Shown: piece after piece, positions 1-8,712 of the stretch
Position numbering within the stretch: position 1 is the first letter of the stretch
How the letters are laid out: every line of letters begins with the position of its first letter
Origin: Anaerolineae bacterium
Lineage (GTDB): Bacteria; Chloroflexota; Anaerolineae; B4-G1; DUEL01
Reading direction: 5' to 3'
NCBI GenBank assembly: GCA_041082215.1
Contig: JBDOIF010000152.1
Location: 65,235 to 103,507 of the forward strand
Length of the DNA: 38,273 nucleotides
Notes under the pieces: generated by a model
Told to the model about the DNA's origin: nothing
The model's database searches: none
The model's input: only the letters and a program-made list of their open reading frames with translations
Program-made: the position numbers and the translations under genes

Positions 1-279
<279 letters not shown>

Positions 280-1122
280 TTACAGGAAGCCTTCCAGAAA
301 GCTGGCGATCTCATACTGCCAGAAAACCGGCCCGTCAGTGCAGATGAACTTCTCCCCCAGGTTGCAGCGTCCGCACTTGCCGATGCCGCAGTGCATGCGC
401 GCCTCCAGCGTCGTCAGCATCTGATCCGGGGCGAAGCCCAGTTTCTTGAGGGTGAGGAAGACGAAGTGGATCATGATCGGCGGACCGCAGGTAATGGCGA
501 CCGCGTTCTCAGGCGATGGGTTGACTCGTTCCAGCAGGTGGGTGATCAGGCCGACGTTGCCGGTCCACTTCCCATCCCCCTGATCCACCGTGACGTGGAA
601 GTCGGTAGCCCAGGCAGTGCGCCACTCGTCGAACTCCTCCCTGAAGACCAGGAGATCGGGGGAGCGGGCAGCCCAGAGGATGGTGAGGTGGCCGTACTCC
701 TCCCGGTGGTCGAGGATGGTGTGGATCACCGGCCGGAGCGGCGCGCCGCCGATGCCCCCACCGAGGATGACGATGTTCCTGCCCCTGAGCTGATCCATCG
801 GGAACCAGTTGCCCAGCGGCCCCCGCACCCCGACAGGATCGCCCACTTCCAGGCTGTGCAGGGTGTAGGTCACGTGCCCGAGGGCGTTGACCGCAAACTC
901 CAGAAGCGGTCCTCGTGCCGGCGTTGAGGTGATGCCGAAGGGGGCCTCCCCCGCACCGAAAGCAGAGACGAAGGCAAACTGACCGGGCTTGTAGTCGGCA
1001 AAGGCCGCCTTTCCCGCCTCCTCCATCAGTTCGACCTGGAACAGCTTGATGCCGGTGGCCAGGTCCTTGATGCCGGCCAGTCGGCCCAGATAGGGACGCA
1101 TTGGATTGACCGCCGTTGTCAA
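280..1122 (-). CDS. FAD/NAD(P)H-binding oxidoreductase with C-terminal 2Fe-2S motif (AsrB/HydG/PyrK family; FlxA-like)
   Basis: KPGQF, GEAPFGI, RGPLGN, GGGIGGAPLR, CGPPIM and CGIGKCGRC...C motifs. TTG start with GAGGAGG SD. Confidence 0.9.
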   Translation of the reverse strand: MTTAVNPMRPYLGRLAGIKDLATGIKLFQVELMEEAGKAAFADYKPGQFAFVSAFGAGEAPFGITSTPARGPLLEFAVNALGHVTYTLHSLEVGDPVGVRGPLGNWFPMDQLRGRNIVILGGGIGGAPLRPVIHTILDHREEYGHLTILWAARSPDLLVFREEFDEWRTAWATDFHVTVDQGDGKWTGNVGLITHLLERVNPSPENAVAITCGPPIMIHFVFLTLKKLGFAPDQMLTTLEARMHCGIGKCGRCNLGEKFICTDGPVFWQYEIASFLEGFL

Positions 1123-1224
1123 CTCACTCCTCCTCGGCTTGCTCCGCCAACTCCAGGCTGCATGGACTGGTCACAGGCCGATCGGCTCGCACCCCGACAT
1201 CCGACAACTGACAGCAACTCCCCC

Positions 1225-1255
1225 TGTAGGGCAACTCCACAGGAGTTGTCCTACA
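1225..1255. repeat. REP-like palindrome (GTAG-type)
   Basis: tgtagggcaactcc-aca-ggagttgtcctaca: 14-bp stem with one mismatch. Confidence 0.7.
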
Positions 1256-1268
1256 TCGTGCAGACTGC

Positions 1269-1457
1269 CTACGGCATGGTCTGGATAATATTGGAGAAGG
1301 TGTTCCCGATAACCGGCCCAAGCAGCACAAGCACCACCAGGACGCAGAGACAACCCAGCAAGAACATAGCCGCCGCGACGATGACGATGATCAGCCAGGT
1401 CTTCTTCTTCGCCGGCTCTGACTCCGGCTGCGTCGGGATACTGACTTCCTCTGACAT
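1269..1457 (-). CDS. Small single-pass membrane protein (62 aa) with Flp-pilin-like C-terminus
   Basis: ATG at 1457 with AAAGGAG SD. MSEEVSIPTQPESEPAKKKTWLIIVIVAAAMFLLGCLCVLVVLVLLGPVIGNTFSNIIQTMP: KKK followed by a long hydrophobic stretch. Confidence 0.75.
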   Translation of the reverse strand: MSEEVSIPTQPESEPAKKKTWLIIVIVAAAMFLLGCLCVLVVLVLLGPVIGNTFSNIIQTMP

Positions 1458-1532
1458 TAGGCGCTCCTTTCTCGGTACATATGCCACCCGGCTCCTACGA
1501 AGTGCAGCCAATCCCCGCACGGAGAGGGCCGC

Positions 1533-2528
1533 TCATCGCTCCGCTACCTGGCGCATCACCTCGGTGATGTCAATATCCACCGGACAGGAGACGACGCACC
1601 GGCCGCAGCCCACGCAGCCCAGGGGGCCAAAGTCCTCCGGGTAGTAGCAGAACTTGCAGTAGAAGCGGTTGCGGAGCCGCTCGGGCCTGGTGGGACGGGG
1701 GTTGTGTCCTCCGGCCACCCGCCGGTAATTGGTGCTGGTGCAGGCGTCCCAGGCGCGGATGCGCTCGATGCGGGTCACGCCGGGCCGCACCTCCACCACC
1801 CGGTCAGTGAGGTCGAAGCAGCGGCAGGTGGGGCAGACATAGGTGCAGATGCGGCAGCTCAGACAGCGCTCCCCGTGCCGCATCCAGAGTCTATCTTCGA
1901 ACAGCGGCCGCCACCTCTCCGGATCGGTCACCGGCACCGGCTCGTTATACTCCTCTACCGGCAGCGGCTCCCCCTTCGGCCCGACTACCTCCAGCTCTTC
2001 CAGGACCGCCACCCCCCTGGGAGTCACCGGCTGGAGGAAGAAACCATCCTGGCCGGGACGGACCAGCACGTCCAGGTGGGTGGGGTCGGTTGGTCCGCCG
2101 CCCATCGAAGTGCAGAAGCACCCCTCCCACATCCGCGTGCAGGCCATCCCCACCAGCACCGTCCGCTCCCGATGGTGCTGGTAGTACCGGTCCGGCGGCT
2201 CCTTCTGGAGAAAGAGGGCGTCTATGACGGCAAGCCCGTGGGCGTCGCAGGGGCGGATGCCGAAGAGGACCTGTCTGCGGTCCGGCAGCACCTCCTCCAG
2301 CGCCACCTCTTTACCCTTCTGCTCGATGCGCAGGATGACCTCGGTGGCGGGGAAAAGGAAGTCCTTAGCCGAAAGCTCAGGCCGCTCGTAGTCGAAGAGG
2401 ATTTCGGCGCTGGAGGCGACCGGCCGGTAGAGCACGTGGCCGTCCACATCGGTCGGGGCGACCAGGTCAACCTCCTGGGCCAGCCGGTCCAGCCAGGCCC
2501 GCAGTCTGTCCAGAGTGGTGAATCTCAT
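1533..2528 (-). CDS. 4Fe-4S dicluster protein (AsrA/HydB family; FlxB-like)
   Basis: FGIRPCD, C-x5-CFC, CLSCRICTYVCPTCRCF, WDAC and CVGCGRCVVSCPVDIDI motifs. Confidence 0.9.
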   Translation of the reverse strand: MRFTTLDRLRAWLDRLAQEVDLVAPTDVDGHVLYRPVASSAEILFDYERPELSAKDFLFPATEVILRIEQKGKEVALEEVLPDRRQVLFGIRPCDAHGLAVIDALFLQKEPPDRYYQHHRERTVLVGMACTRMWEGCFCTSMGGGPTDPTHLDVLVRPGQDGFFLQPVTPRGVAVLEELEVVGPKGEPLPVEEYNEPVPVTDPERWRPLFEDRLWMRHGERCLSCRICTYVCPTCRCFDLTDRVVEVRPGVTRIERIRAWDACTSTNYRRVAGGHNPRPTRPERLRNRFYCKFCYYPEDFGPLGCVGCGRCVVSCPVDIDITEVMRQVAER

Positions 2529-2646
2529 ATCTGCCTACTCCCGGTTTTCTTCGCACGCAGATTCACGCCGATTCTCTCAAAAAACAGATATCGCGCATTT
2601 GCGCCAGGTGATCTCCGCGTCTCTCTCTCCCCGCGTCCTTTATCAC

Positions 2647-3516
2647 TCAGATCGGTGATCCTTTCTCGTCCAGTTCGAACAGGAGCGGGGTGAGGGCCTC
2701 CTCCCGCCCGGCGCGGTGGCCGTAGAGGGCCTCCACTTCCCGCACCAGGAGCCGGTTAAGGAGGCTGAGGGGAAGGCCCATCGGGCAGACCCGCTCGCAC
2801 TCGTCGCACTCCACGCAGCGGCCAGCCAGGTGGAGCGCCCGCCCCAGGTGGAAGACGTACTTCTGGGGCAGTTCGATGCCCATATCCACCCATAGCCCGT
2901 CGTCCCGCTCGAACGCACAGGTGGGGCAATAGCAGCCGGGGCAGACCTGGCGGCAGGCGTAGCAGCGGATGCAGCGGTCGAACTGGCGCAGCCAGTAGGC
3001 CAGCCGCCCGGCGGGGTCCATTTCCTCAACGAGGGCCAGGTCGGACCAGTCGTCCCTGGCTGGTTCAACCGGCGGGGGCTCTCCGATCAGCACATCGCAG
3101 ACCACCGGAGTACGGTCGGTGCAGCGGCCGCACTTGGCGGCGGACTGGCCCTCTTTACCCACCACCCCCCCGCAGGCCACGCCGATGGCGTAGACCCGCT
3201 CCCGCTCGATCTGCCGCTCCGCCAGGAGGACGTTGAGGGTGCGGCTGTCGCACGGTTTGACCACGACTGCCACGCGGGGCGGCTCTTCCCCCCGCTTGCG
3301 GGGCTTTTTCTTATCGTGGAGGTAGGTGGTGAGGTTGTGGACGCACTCCGGGCTCCAGATCAGCCGGTCGGCCTCTGCGGGGCTGTAGATGAAGGCCGGG
3401 CGGACGCGACCCCGGGGGCCGACTTCATAGCCGATGACGAGGTCTACCCGCCCGTCCGCCAGCAGCCGACGGGCGTGCTCCTGAATCTGCTGGGTCAGCG
3501 GCTCGTTGATCGTCAC
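2647..3516 (-). CDS. 4Fe-4S protein, FdhB/FrhB-like N-terminus (FlxC-like)
   Basis: VIGYE, CVHNLTTYL, VKPCDSR, RCIRCYACRQVCPGCYCPTC and HLAGRCVECDECERVCP. GTG start with GGGGGAG SD. Confidence 0.85.
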   Translation of the reverse strand: MTINEPLTQQIQEHARRLLADGRVDLVIGYEVGPRGRVRPAFIYSPAEADRLIWSPECVHNLTTYLHDKKKPRKRGEEPPRVAVVVKPCDSRTLNVLLAERQIERERVYAIGVACGGVVGKEGQSAAKCGRCTDRTPVVCDVLIGEPPPVEPARDDWSDLALVEEMDPAGRLAYWLRQFDRCIRCYACRQVCPGCYCPTCAFERDDGLWVDMGIELPQKYVFHLGRALHLAGRCVECDECERVCPMGLPLSLLNRLLVREVEALYGHRAGREEALTPLLFELDEKGSPI

Positions 3517-3674
3517 ATCTCCCCCCTGTTCTCTATAGAAAGGCGCGCGACCTCAAGCCGCGCTGCTTTACCGCTTTTTCGGTTATGGATAGGCCGGCTC
3601 GTGCAGAAGATACAGGGCTGGTGTCCTTTCAAGCTGGATTTGGAGATGGTCCGGGAAAAGTTCGAACAGGAACT

Positions 3675-3702
3675 ATTATACTCCTTTGGGCAGGGCTGCC
3701 AA
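3675..3702 (-). promoter_or_regulatory. Sigma70-type promoter for the flxCBA-like unit
   Basis: Minus strand reads TTGGCA-16 nt-TATAAT. Confidence 0.6.
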
Positions 3703-3760
3703 GTGGAAGATCTGAAGTTCGGACGTGAGTTCGGACACAGGCGCTCATCGGCCGCTTCTG

Positions 3761-3813
3761 ACCTCACCCCACCCCCTGGCCCCCTCCCCGGGGGTAGGGG
3801 AAAGGGTGAGGGT
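3761..3813. repeat. C-rich/G-rich palindromic element (possible terminator of the histidine kinase gene)
   Basis: acctcaccccaccccctggccccctccccgggggtaggggaaagggtgagggt with cctcaccc...gggtgagg arms. Related to 15988-16016. Confidence 0.55.
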
Positions 3814-3822
3814 CGTGCGTCC

Positions 3823-4875
3823 CTACCCCTGGGGCCGCCAGATGGGAAAGGAGACGGTGAACGTGGTCCCCTTTCCCACCTCGCTCTCTACTTCGATCTC
3901 CCCCCCAAACCGCTCCACCAGCTCCCTGACGATCGTCAGCCCCAGGCCGGTGCCCACGGCGACCTGGCGGGCGTTGGGGGCGCGGTAGAACTCCTCAAAC
4001 AGGTGGGGAAGGGCGTCTTCGGGGATGCCGATGCCGGTGTCGGCCACCTTCACCCATACCTGATCCCCAGCCCGCCCCAGGGAAATGACGACGCTTCCTC
4101 CAGACGGTGTATACTTGATCCCATTGCCGATCAGGTTGGTGAAGATCCGGTCCAGCCCGTCCTCCGTGGCCCAGACGGCCAGCTCTTCACAGCAGGGTTG
4201 TATGGTCAGGCTTATCCCCTTCTCCTCGGCGCGGGGCTGGAAGAGGAGGGCGGCCCGGCCCACGGAGGAGTTGACCGCCACCGGTCCTTCCTTCTCCGCC
4301 AGCTCCGGTGTCCGGCTGGCTGCCAGGTCGAGCAGATCGTTGACCAGGCTCTCCAGGAAATCCAGCCGCCCGGCTATACGCTCGAAGAGATCCCGCTGCG
4401 TATCGGTGAGGGGGCCGGCGTAGCCTTTGAGGACGTTTCGCAGGAGCGACTGGGCGACGGTGATGGGGGATCGAAGCTCGTGGGTGGTGACCTGGATGAA
4501 CTGTCTTTTGGCCGCCTCAATGCGTTCCAGGTCGGTCAGGGCCTGGGCTGCCTGGAGCGCCAGCGCCCCCAGGTCGGCCAGGGCCTGGAGCTGGAGCTGT
4601 TCCTGCGGGGTGAAACGGCGGGGTTGCAGGGTGTAGACGCAGAGCCTGCCGACTGGCAGGGGGACGCAGAGGGCGGAGGCGTAGCCCGGCGGGGGGAGAC
4701 CGGCCTCGACGGACGGCGGCAGCGACACCCCTTCACCGCTGACAGCGGCGACGGCAAGGCGGCCCTCTGCCCCTTCGGACAGCAGGACCGCCGCCGCGTC
4801 AGCCGAAAGGACCTTTGCCGCCGCCGCCGCCAGGCGGGCTGACACCTGGCTCAGGTCCATCCCTTTCTCCGCCAT
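3823..4875 (-). CDS. Sensor histidine kinase (short GAF-like input, HisKA, HATPase_c)
   Basis: H-box THELRSPIT, N-box NLIGNGIKY, G1 DTGIGI, F-box LFEEFYR, G2 GTGLGL. No transmembrane segment. Confidence 0.93.
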   Translation of the reverse strand: MAEKGMDLSQVSARLAAAAAKVLSADAAAVLLSEGAEGRLAVAAVSGEGVSLPPSVEAGLPPPGYASALCVPLPVGRLCVYTLQPRRFTPQEQLQLQALADLGALALQAAQALTDLERIEAAKRQFIQVTTHELRSPITVAQSLLRNVLKGYAGPLTDTQRDLFERIAGRLDFLESLVNDLLDLAASRTPELAEKEGPVAVNSSVGRAALLFQPRAEEKGISLTIQPCCEELAVWATEDGLDRIFTNLIGNGIKYTPSGGSVVISLGRAGDQVWVKVADTGIGIPEDALPHLFEEFYRAPNARQVAVGTGLGLTIVRELVERFGGEIEVESEVGKGTTFTVSFPIWRPQG

Positions 4876-4900
4876 AGTGCGGGCGCGATGAGGCGTGCCC

Positions 4901-5302
4901 CTACCGGGCCCGTTCGATCAGCGCGCGCACCTTTTTCAAAAGGACATCCGGATCAACCGGCTTGTCCACGAAATCGTCCACTGGCAGATAGGCCTCATCC
5001 GGCCCGAAACGGAGGGAGGTGGTGGTATGGATGGCGGTGAGGATGAGGATGGGAATGTCGCGATAGGCGGCGTATTCCGATCGGGGATCGGGGCTGCGGA
5101 GCTGGAGGGAGACCTGGAAGCCGGCCGTGGTCGTCTCCATCATCACATCCAGGATGATCAGGTCCGGCCTGACCTCCTTTACCTTCTGCAGCCCTTCTTC
5201 CCCCGAAGAAGCGGTGAACACCTCGTACCCTTCTGCCTCCAGCGGCATGCGGAGGGCAGTCACCATATCCGGGTCGTCCTCAACGATCAGGATTTTTGCC
5301 AT
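4901..5302 (-). CDS. Single-domain response regulator (receiver)
   Basis: ILIVEDD, PDLIILDVMM (phospho-Asp), ILILTA and FVDKP. No output domain. Confidence 0.93.
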   Translation of the reverse strand: MAKILIVEDDPDMVTALRMPLEAEGYEVFTASSGEEGLQKVKEVRPDLIILDVMMETTTAGFQVSLQLRSPDPRSEYAAYRDIPILILTAIHTTTSLRFGPDEAYLPVDDFVDKPVDPDVLLKKVRALIERAR

Positions 5303-5316
5303 CGTCCTCTCCTACC

Positions 5317-5772
5317 TTACTCGTTGCTTGCTTCCTGCAGCACTGCTTCTACCAGCGCGGGGATGGCCGCTTCGACGGCTGGGCTGAGACCCTCCCCCCA
5401 TCCGATCCGCTCCGGCTGCATGCCGAAGATGACCAGCGGGGGGAGCGGATGGCCCAGAACACGGGCCAGGCTCAGGACCTCTGCCAGGCCGGCGTCGTGG
5501 AGGGAGAACCGGCCTTTTGCCTCCATCAGCAGGGGCTCCCCGGGTGTGAAGCGGATGAACCGGCCCGGTTCCTGCCCGATTTCAGCCGCGTCCACCACCA
5601 CCGCCCGGTCCCACCCCTCCAGCATCCGCAGCAGGTCCAGCCCGCCCGTCCCGCCATCTACAGCCTCGACCCCTGGGGGAAGCTCCCGGCGGCGGAGCTC
5701 CGCCACCACCCGGGGACCGACCCCGTCATCTCCCCGCAGGGGGTTGCCCAGACCGATAATCACCGTTCGCAT
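5317..5772 (-). CDS. [NiFe]-hydrogenase maturation protease
   Basis: GLGNPLRGDDGVG, VDGGTGG, VVVDA and SLHD motifs. Likely start is the ATG at 5772 (MRTVIIG). Confidence 0.92.
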   Translation of the reverse strand: MRTVIIGLGNPLRGDDGVGPRVVAELRRRELPPGVEAVDGGTGGLDLLRMLEGWDRAVVVDAAEIGQEPGRFIRFTPGEPLLMEAKGRFSLHDAGLAEVLSLARVLGHPLPPLVIFGMQPERIGWGEGLSPAVEAAIPALVEAVLQEASNE

Positions 5773-5808
5773 ACTGCTGACGCAACACGTCACGTCATAC
5801 GTCATGCG

Positions 5809-7098
5809 TCATACGAATTGCACCGTCAGGAAGTGGGTCGAGCAGGAGATGCAGGGATCGTAGGCCCGCACCAGCATCTCCAAAAGGTGCCGGACCTCCT
5901 CCTGAGGCCGGTCCAGAATCTGGGGGACGAGAGCCTGCATATCGGCGTTCAGGTTGGCCATGTTCTGGTTGGTGGGGATGATGCAGTTGGCCCCGGCGCA
6001 GCGGCCCTCCTCGTCGTAGACGTAATGGTGGAAGAGGATGCCGCGCGGCACCTCGCAGGACCCGACCCCTTCTCCTGCTTTCACCTCAACCCGGGACGGC
6101 TCCTCCGGCTTCACCCCCCGCGTGAGCAGCTCGTCAATGAGGCGGATGGAGTCCTCCACGCAGTGGACCATTTCCACCACCTGAGCGGCCGAGTTCAGGA
6201 ACGGGTTGGTGACGATAGGCTTCATGCCGAACTTTGCCGCCGCCTCTTTGGCCCGGGGGTGGAGCTGGTCGTAGTTGTTGTTGAAGCGGGCCAGCGCACC
6301 GACCATATAGGCATCGCGGTTGTGCCGGGTCCACTTGGCCGTAGAGAAGGGCACGCAATACTCGTTGGTGACCTTCTTGTATTCCTCGATGGGGTAGGAG
6401 AAACCGTCGGAGGTGACGATGGTGCCGTCTATAAAGGCATACTCATCGTCTTTATGGAGGCTGACGTACTCCGTCTCCCGCTCGAACTGGGGCCAGGGGA
6501 GGGTGGCGAAGAGGTCCACCGTCGCGTCCATATCGGCGCGGGCGGCTTCCAGGCGCTCTTTCATCTCCCGCAGTTCCCGCTCGGTGGGGGTGTGGGTGAA
6601 GCCGCCGACGACCAGCGCGCAGGGGTGGGTATGCCGACCGCTGATCATCGCACACAGGTCTCCAGAGAGTTTCTTCAGCCGCAGTGCCCGTTCCACCACC
6701 TCCCGATGGGTTGCCGCCAGCGGGATGACGCTGGGGACGCCGAAGAAGTCCGGAGCGACCAGGTAGTAGGTGTGCAGGACGTGGCTATCCAGGACTTCGC
6801 CGTGGAAATTCAGCTTCCGCAGCAGCCAGGCCTGCTCCGAAAGTTCCACTCCCATTGCTTTCTCTGTAGCGCGGGTGCTGGTGGTGGAGTGGCCAACGGA
6901 GCAGATGCCGCAGATGCGGCTGGTGATGTGGTTCAGTTCATAATAGGGGCGGCCGCGCACGAACGCTTCAAAGAAGCGCGGGGCCTCCACCACCTCAAAT
7001 CGGCACTCCTTGACCTCGCCTTTCTTCACATCTACGACGATGTTGCCGTGGCCCTCCACGCGGGTGACGTAATGAACATTGACGTTCAAAGTCGTCAT
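5809..7098 (-). CDS. hydA: Group 3b [NiFe]-hydrogenase large (alpha) subunit
   Basis: TRVEGHG, L1 SRICGICSVGH, EVPRG, L2 RAYDPCISCSTH followed by a short cleavable tail (FLTVQFV). Confidence 0.95.
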   Translation of the reverse strand: MTTLNVNVHYVTRVEGHGNIVVDVKKGEVKECRFEVVEAPRFFEAFVRGRPYYELNHITSRICGICSVGHSTTSTRATEKAMGVELSEQAWLLRKLNFHGEVLDSHVLHTYYLVAPDFFGVPSVIPLAATHREVVERALRLKKLSGDLCAMISGRHTHPCALVVGGFTHTPTERELREMKERLEAARADMDATVDLFATLPWPQFERETEYVSLHKDDEYAFIDGTIVTSDGFSYPIEEYKKVTNEYCVPFSTAKWTRHNRDAYMVGALARFNNNYDQLHPRAKEAAAKFGMKPIVTNPFLNSAAQVVEMVHCVEDSIRLIDELLTRGVKPEEPSRVEVKAGEGVGSCEVPRGILFHHYVYDEEGRCAGANCIIPTNQNMANLNADMQALVPQILDRPQEEVRHLLEMLVRAYDPCISCSTHFLTVQFV

Positions 7099-7111
7099 TG
7101 TACCCTCTCCT

Positions 7112-7873
7112 CTACCACTTTCCCGTCTCCACTTCCCGATACGCGTTGAACATCGTGAAGCGGTGCATAATGTCGTCCAGCGTCAGGCCGGCCTCGTCCA
7201 ACACCTCCTCCATCGCGTTCTCGTTGGGGTTGGAGATGAGGCCCCGGCAGCCCTCGCAGCCGTCACCGTAGGTGGGGCAGATGGCGCCGCACCCGGCCCG
7301 GGTCACCGGCCCCATGCAGACCCTGCCGACGTGGAAGACGCAGACGTTCCCCTTGAGCTTGCATTCCACACAGACCGGGTAATCGGGGACGGGCGGTTTT
7401 TTGCCCACCAGCAGCGCCTTGACGACCTCGATGAACTCCTCCCGGTCAATGGGGCAGCCGGGGACGACGGCATCCACCTTGACGACAGCGCTCAAGGGGC
7501 GGGCCGCATAGGTCTCATACCAGTCGGCGTGCTCTCCGTAGACGTAGCGGCGGACCTCATCCGGAGGCTGCAGATTCTTCAGTGCGTTGACGCAGCCGGT
7601 ATCGGCGCATGCGCCCAGCGCGACCAGAACCTGGGCCTGCTCCCGGATGCGCTTCAGCCGCTCCTCGTCCTTTGGGCGGGTGATCGAACCCTCCACGAAG
7701 GCGATCTGGAAGTCCCACCGGTCGTCAGAGATGGCCTCGCGGAAGTTCACGATCTCTACTGCTTCCAGCAGGTCCAGGTGGGTCTGGAGGGAATCCACCA
7801 CCGTCAACTGGCACCCTTCGCAACTGGCGAAGTCAAAAAACGCCACTTTCACTTTTGCCTTGTTCCCAGCCAT
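7112..7873 (-). CDS. hydD: Group 3b [NiFe]-hydrogenase small (delta) subunit
   Basis: FASCEGCQ, VEGSI, GACA, PGCP, VCVECK, CMGPVTRAGCGAICP and CEGCRG. Confidence 0.93.
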   Translation of the reverse strand: MAGNKAKVKVAFFDFASCEGCQLTVVDSLQTHLDLLEAVEIVNFREAISDDRWDFQIAFVEGSITRPKDEERLKRIREQAQVLVALGACADTGCVNALKNLQPPDEVRRYVYGEHADWYETYAARPLSAVVKVDAVVPGCPIDREEFIEVVKALLVGKKPPVPDYPVCVECKLKGNVCVFHVGRVCMGPVTRAGCGAICPTYGDGCEGCRGLISNPNENAMEEVLDEAGLTLDDIMHRFTMFNAYREVETGKW

Positions 7874-8700
7874 TAGAGCGCCTCCGGCACGTTCTTGATC
7901 TGGGCGTAGGTGAAGACGGGGCCGTCCTGGCAGCAGTAGAGGTTATTGATCTGGCAATGGCCGCACTTCCCCACGCCGCATTTCATCCGCCGCTCCAGCG
8001 AAAGGTAGATCTGGGTCTCCGGGATGCCCTTGCCCAGCATCTCCATCAGCACGAAGCGGTACATGATCGGGGGGCCGCAGGTGACGGCGACGGTGTTGCG
8101 GGGGTCCACCGTGACCCGGGGGAAGAGGGTGGTGATCACGCCCACGTGCCCTGTCCAGGACTCGTCTCCCCGGTCAACGGTGACGTGGAACTCCACATCC
8201 TCGCGGGCGGCCCATTGTTCCAGCTCGTCGCGGAAGAGCAGCTCCGCCGGTCGCTTGGCCCCGTAGAGAATGATCACCCGTCCGAAGGAGCCCCGCTCAT
8301 CCAGCACCTGGTTGATAAGGGAGCGGAGGGGGGCCAGCCCCAGCCCGCCGGGGGCGAAGAGCAGGTCCTTGCCCCGCATCTGCTCGATGGGGAAGCCGTG
8401 GCCGAAGGGGCCGCGGACCCCCACCGGGTCCCCCGGCTTCATCCGGTGGAGGGCGTTGGTCACATCCCCCACCCGGCGGACGCAGAGCTCGAAGGTGCCG
8501 TTGGAGCGGCTGGGGGAGGAAGTGATGGAGATGGGCGCCTCCCCCACGCCGGGCACCGAGACCATCACGAACTGGCCCGGCTCATGGCCCAGGCTCCGCC
8601 CACCCGGCAGCTCGATGGTGAAGAGCTTCTCCAGCTCTGTCAGCGGGCGGACGTCGGCCAGGCGGGCGAATTCCGGAGCGTAGATGGACGATTGGCTCAT
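7873..8700 (-). CDS. hydG: Group 3b hydrogenase gamma subunit (FAD/NAD(P)-binding, 2Fe-2S)
   Basis: PGQFVMVS, GEAPISI, RGPFGHGF, GGLGLAPLRS, CGPPIM and MKCGVGKCGHC; position within the hyd operon. Confidence 0.9.
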   Translation of the reverse strand: MSQSSIYAPEFARLADVRPLTELEKLFTIELPGGRSLGHEPGQFVMVSVPGVGEAPISITSSPSRSNGTFELCVRRVGDVTNALHRMKPGDPVGVRGPFGHGFPIEQMRGKDLLFAPGGLGLAPLRSLINQVLDERGSFGRVIILYGAKRPAELLFRDELEQWAAREDVEFHVTVDRGDESWTGHVGVITTLFPRVTVDPRNTVAVTCGPPIMYRFVLMEMLGKGIPETQIYLSLERRMKCGVGKCGHCQINNLYCCQDGPVFTYAQIKNVPEAL

Positions 8701-8712
8701 CTTCTCTCCCTC

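Noticed and set aside
1124..1330. 68-aa Cys-containing ORF upstream of the flavoprotein
   Set aside because: Runs through a REP palindrome and heptamer repeat, overlaps the better-supported 62-aa gene, and has no SD or motif.
3513..3767. 84-aa ORF as the missing FlxD/MvhD subunit
   Set aside because: No MvhD motifs or Cys pattern. It overlaps a good promoter and repeats, so it is probably non-coding.
5809..7873. Selenocysteine-containing [NiFeSe] hydrogenase
   Set aside because: L2 motif is DPCISC with ordinary Cys codons, and no in-frame TGA interrupts these subunits.
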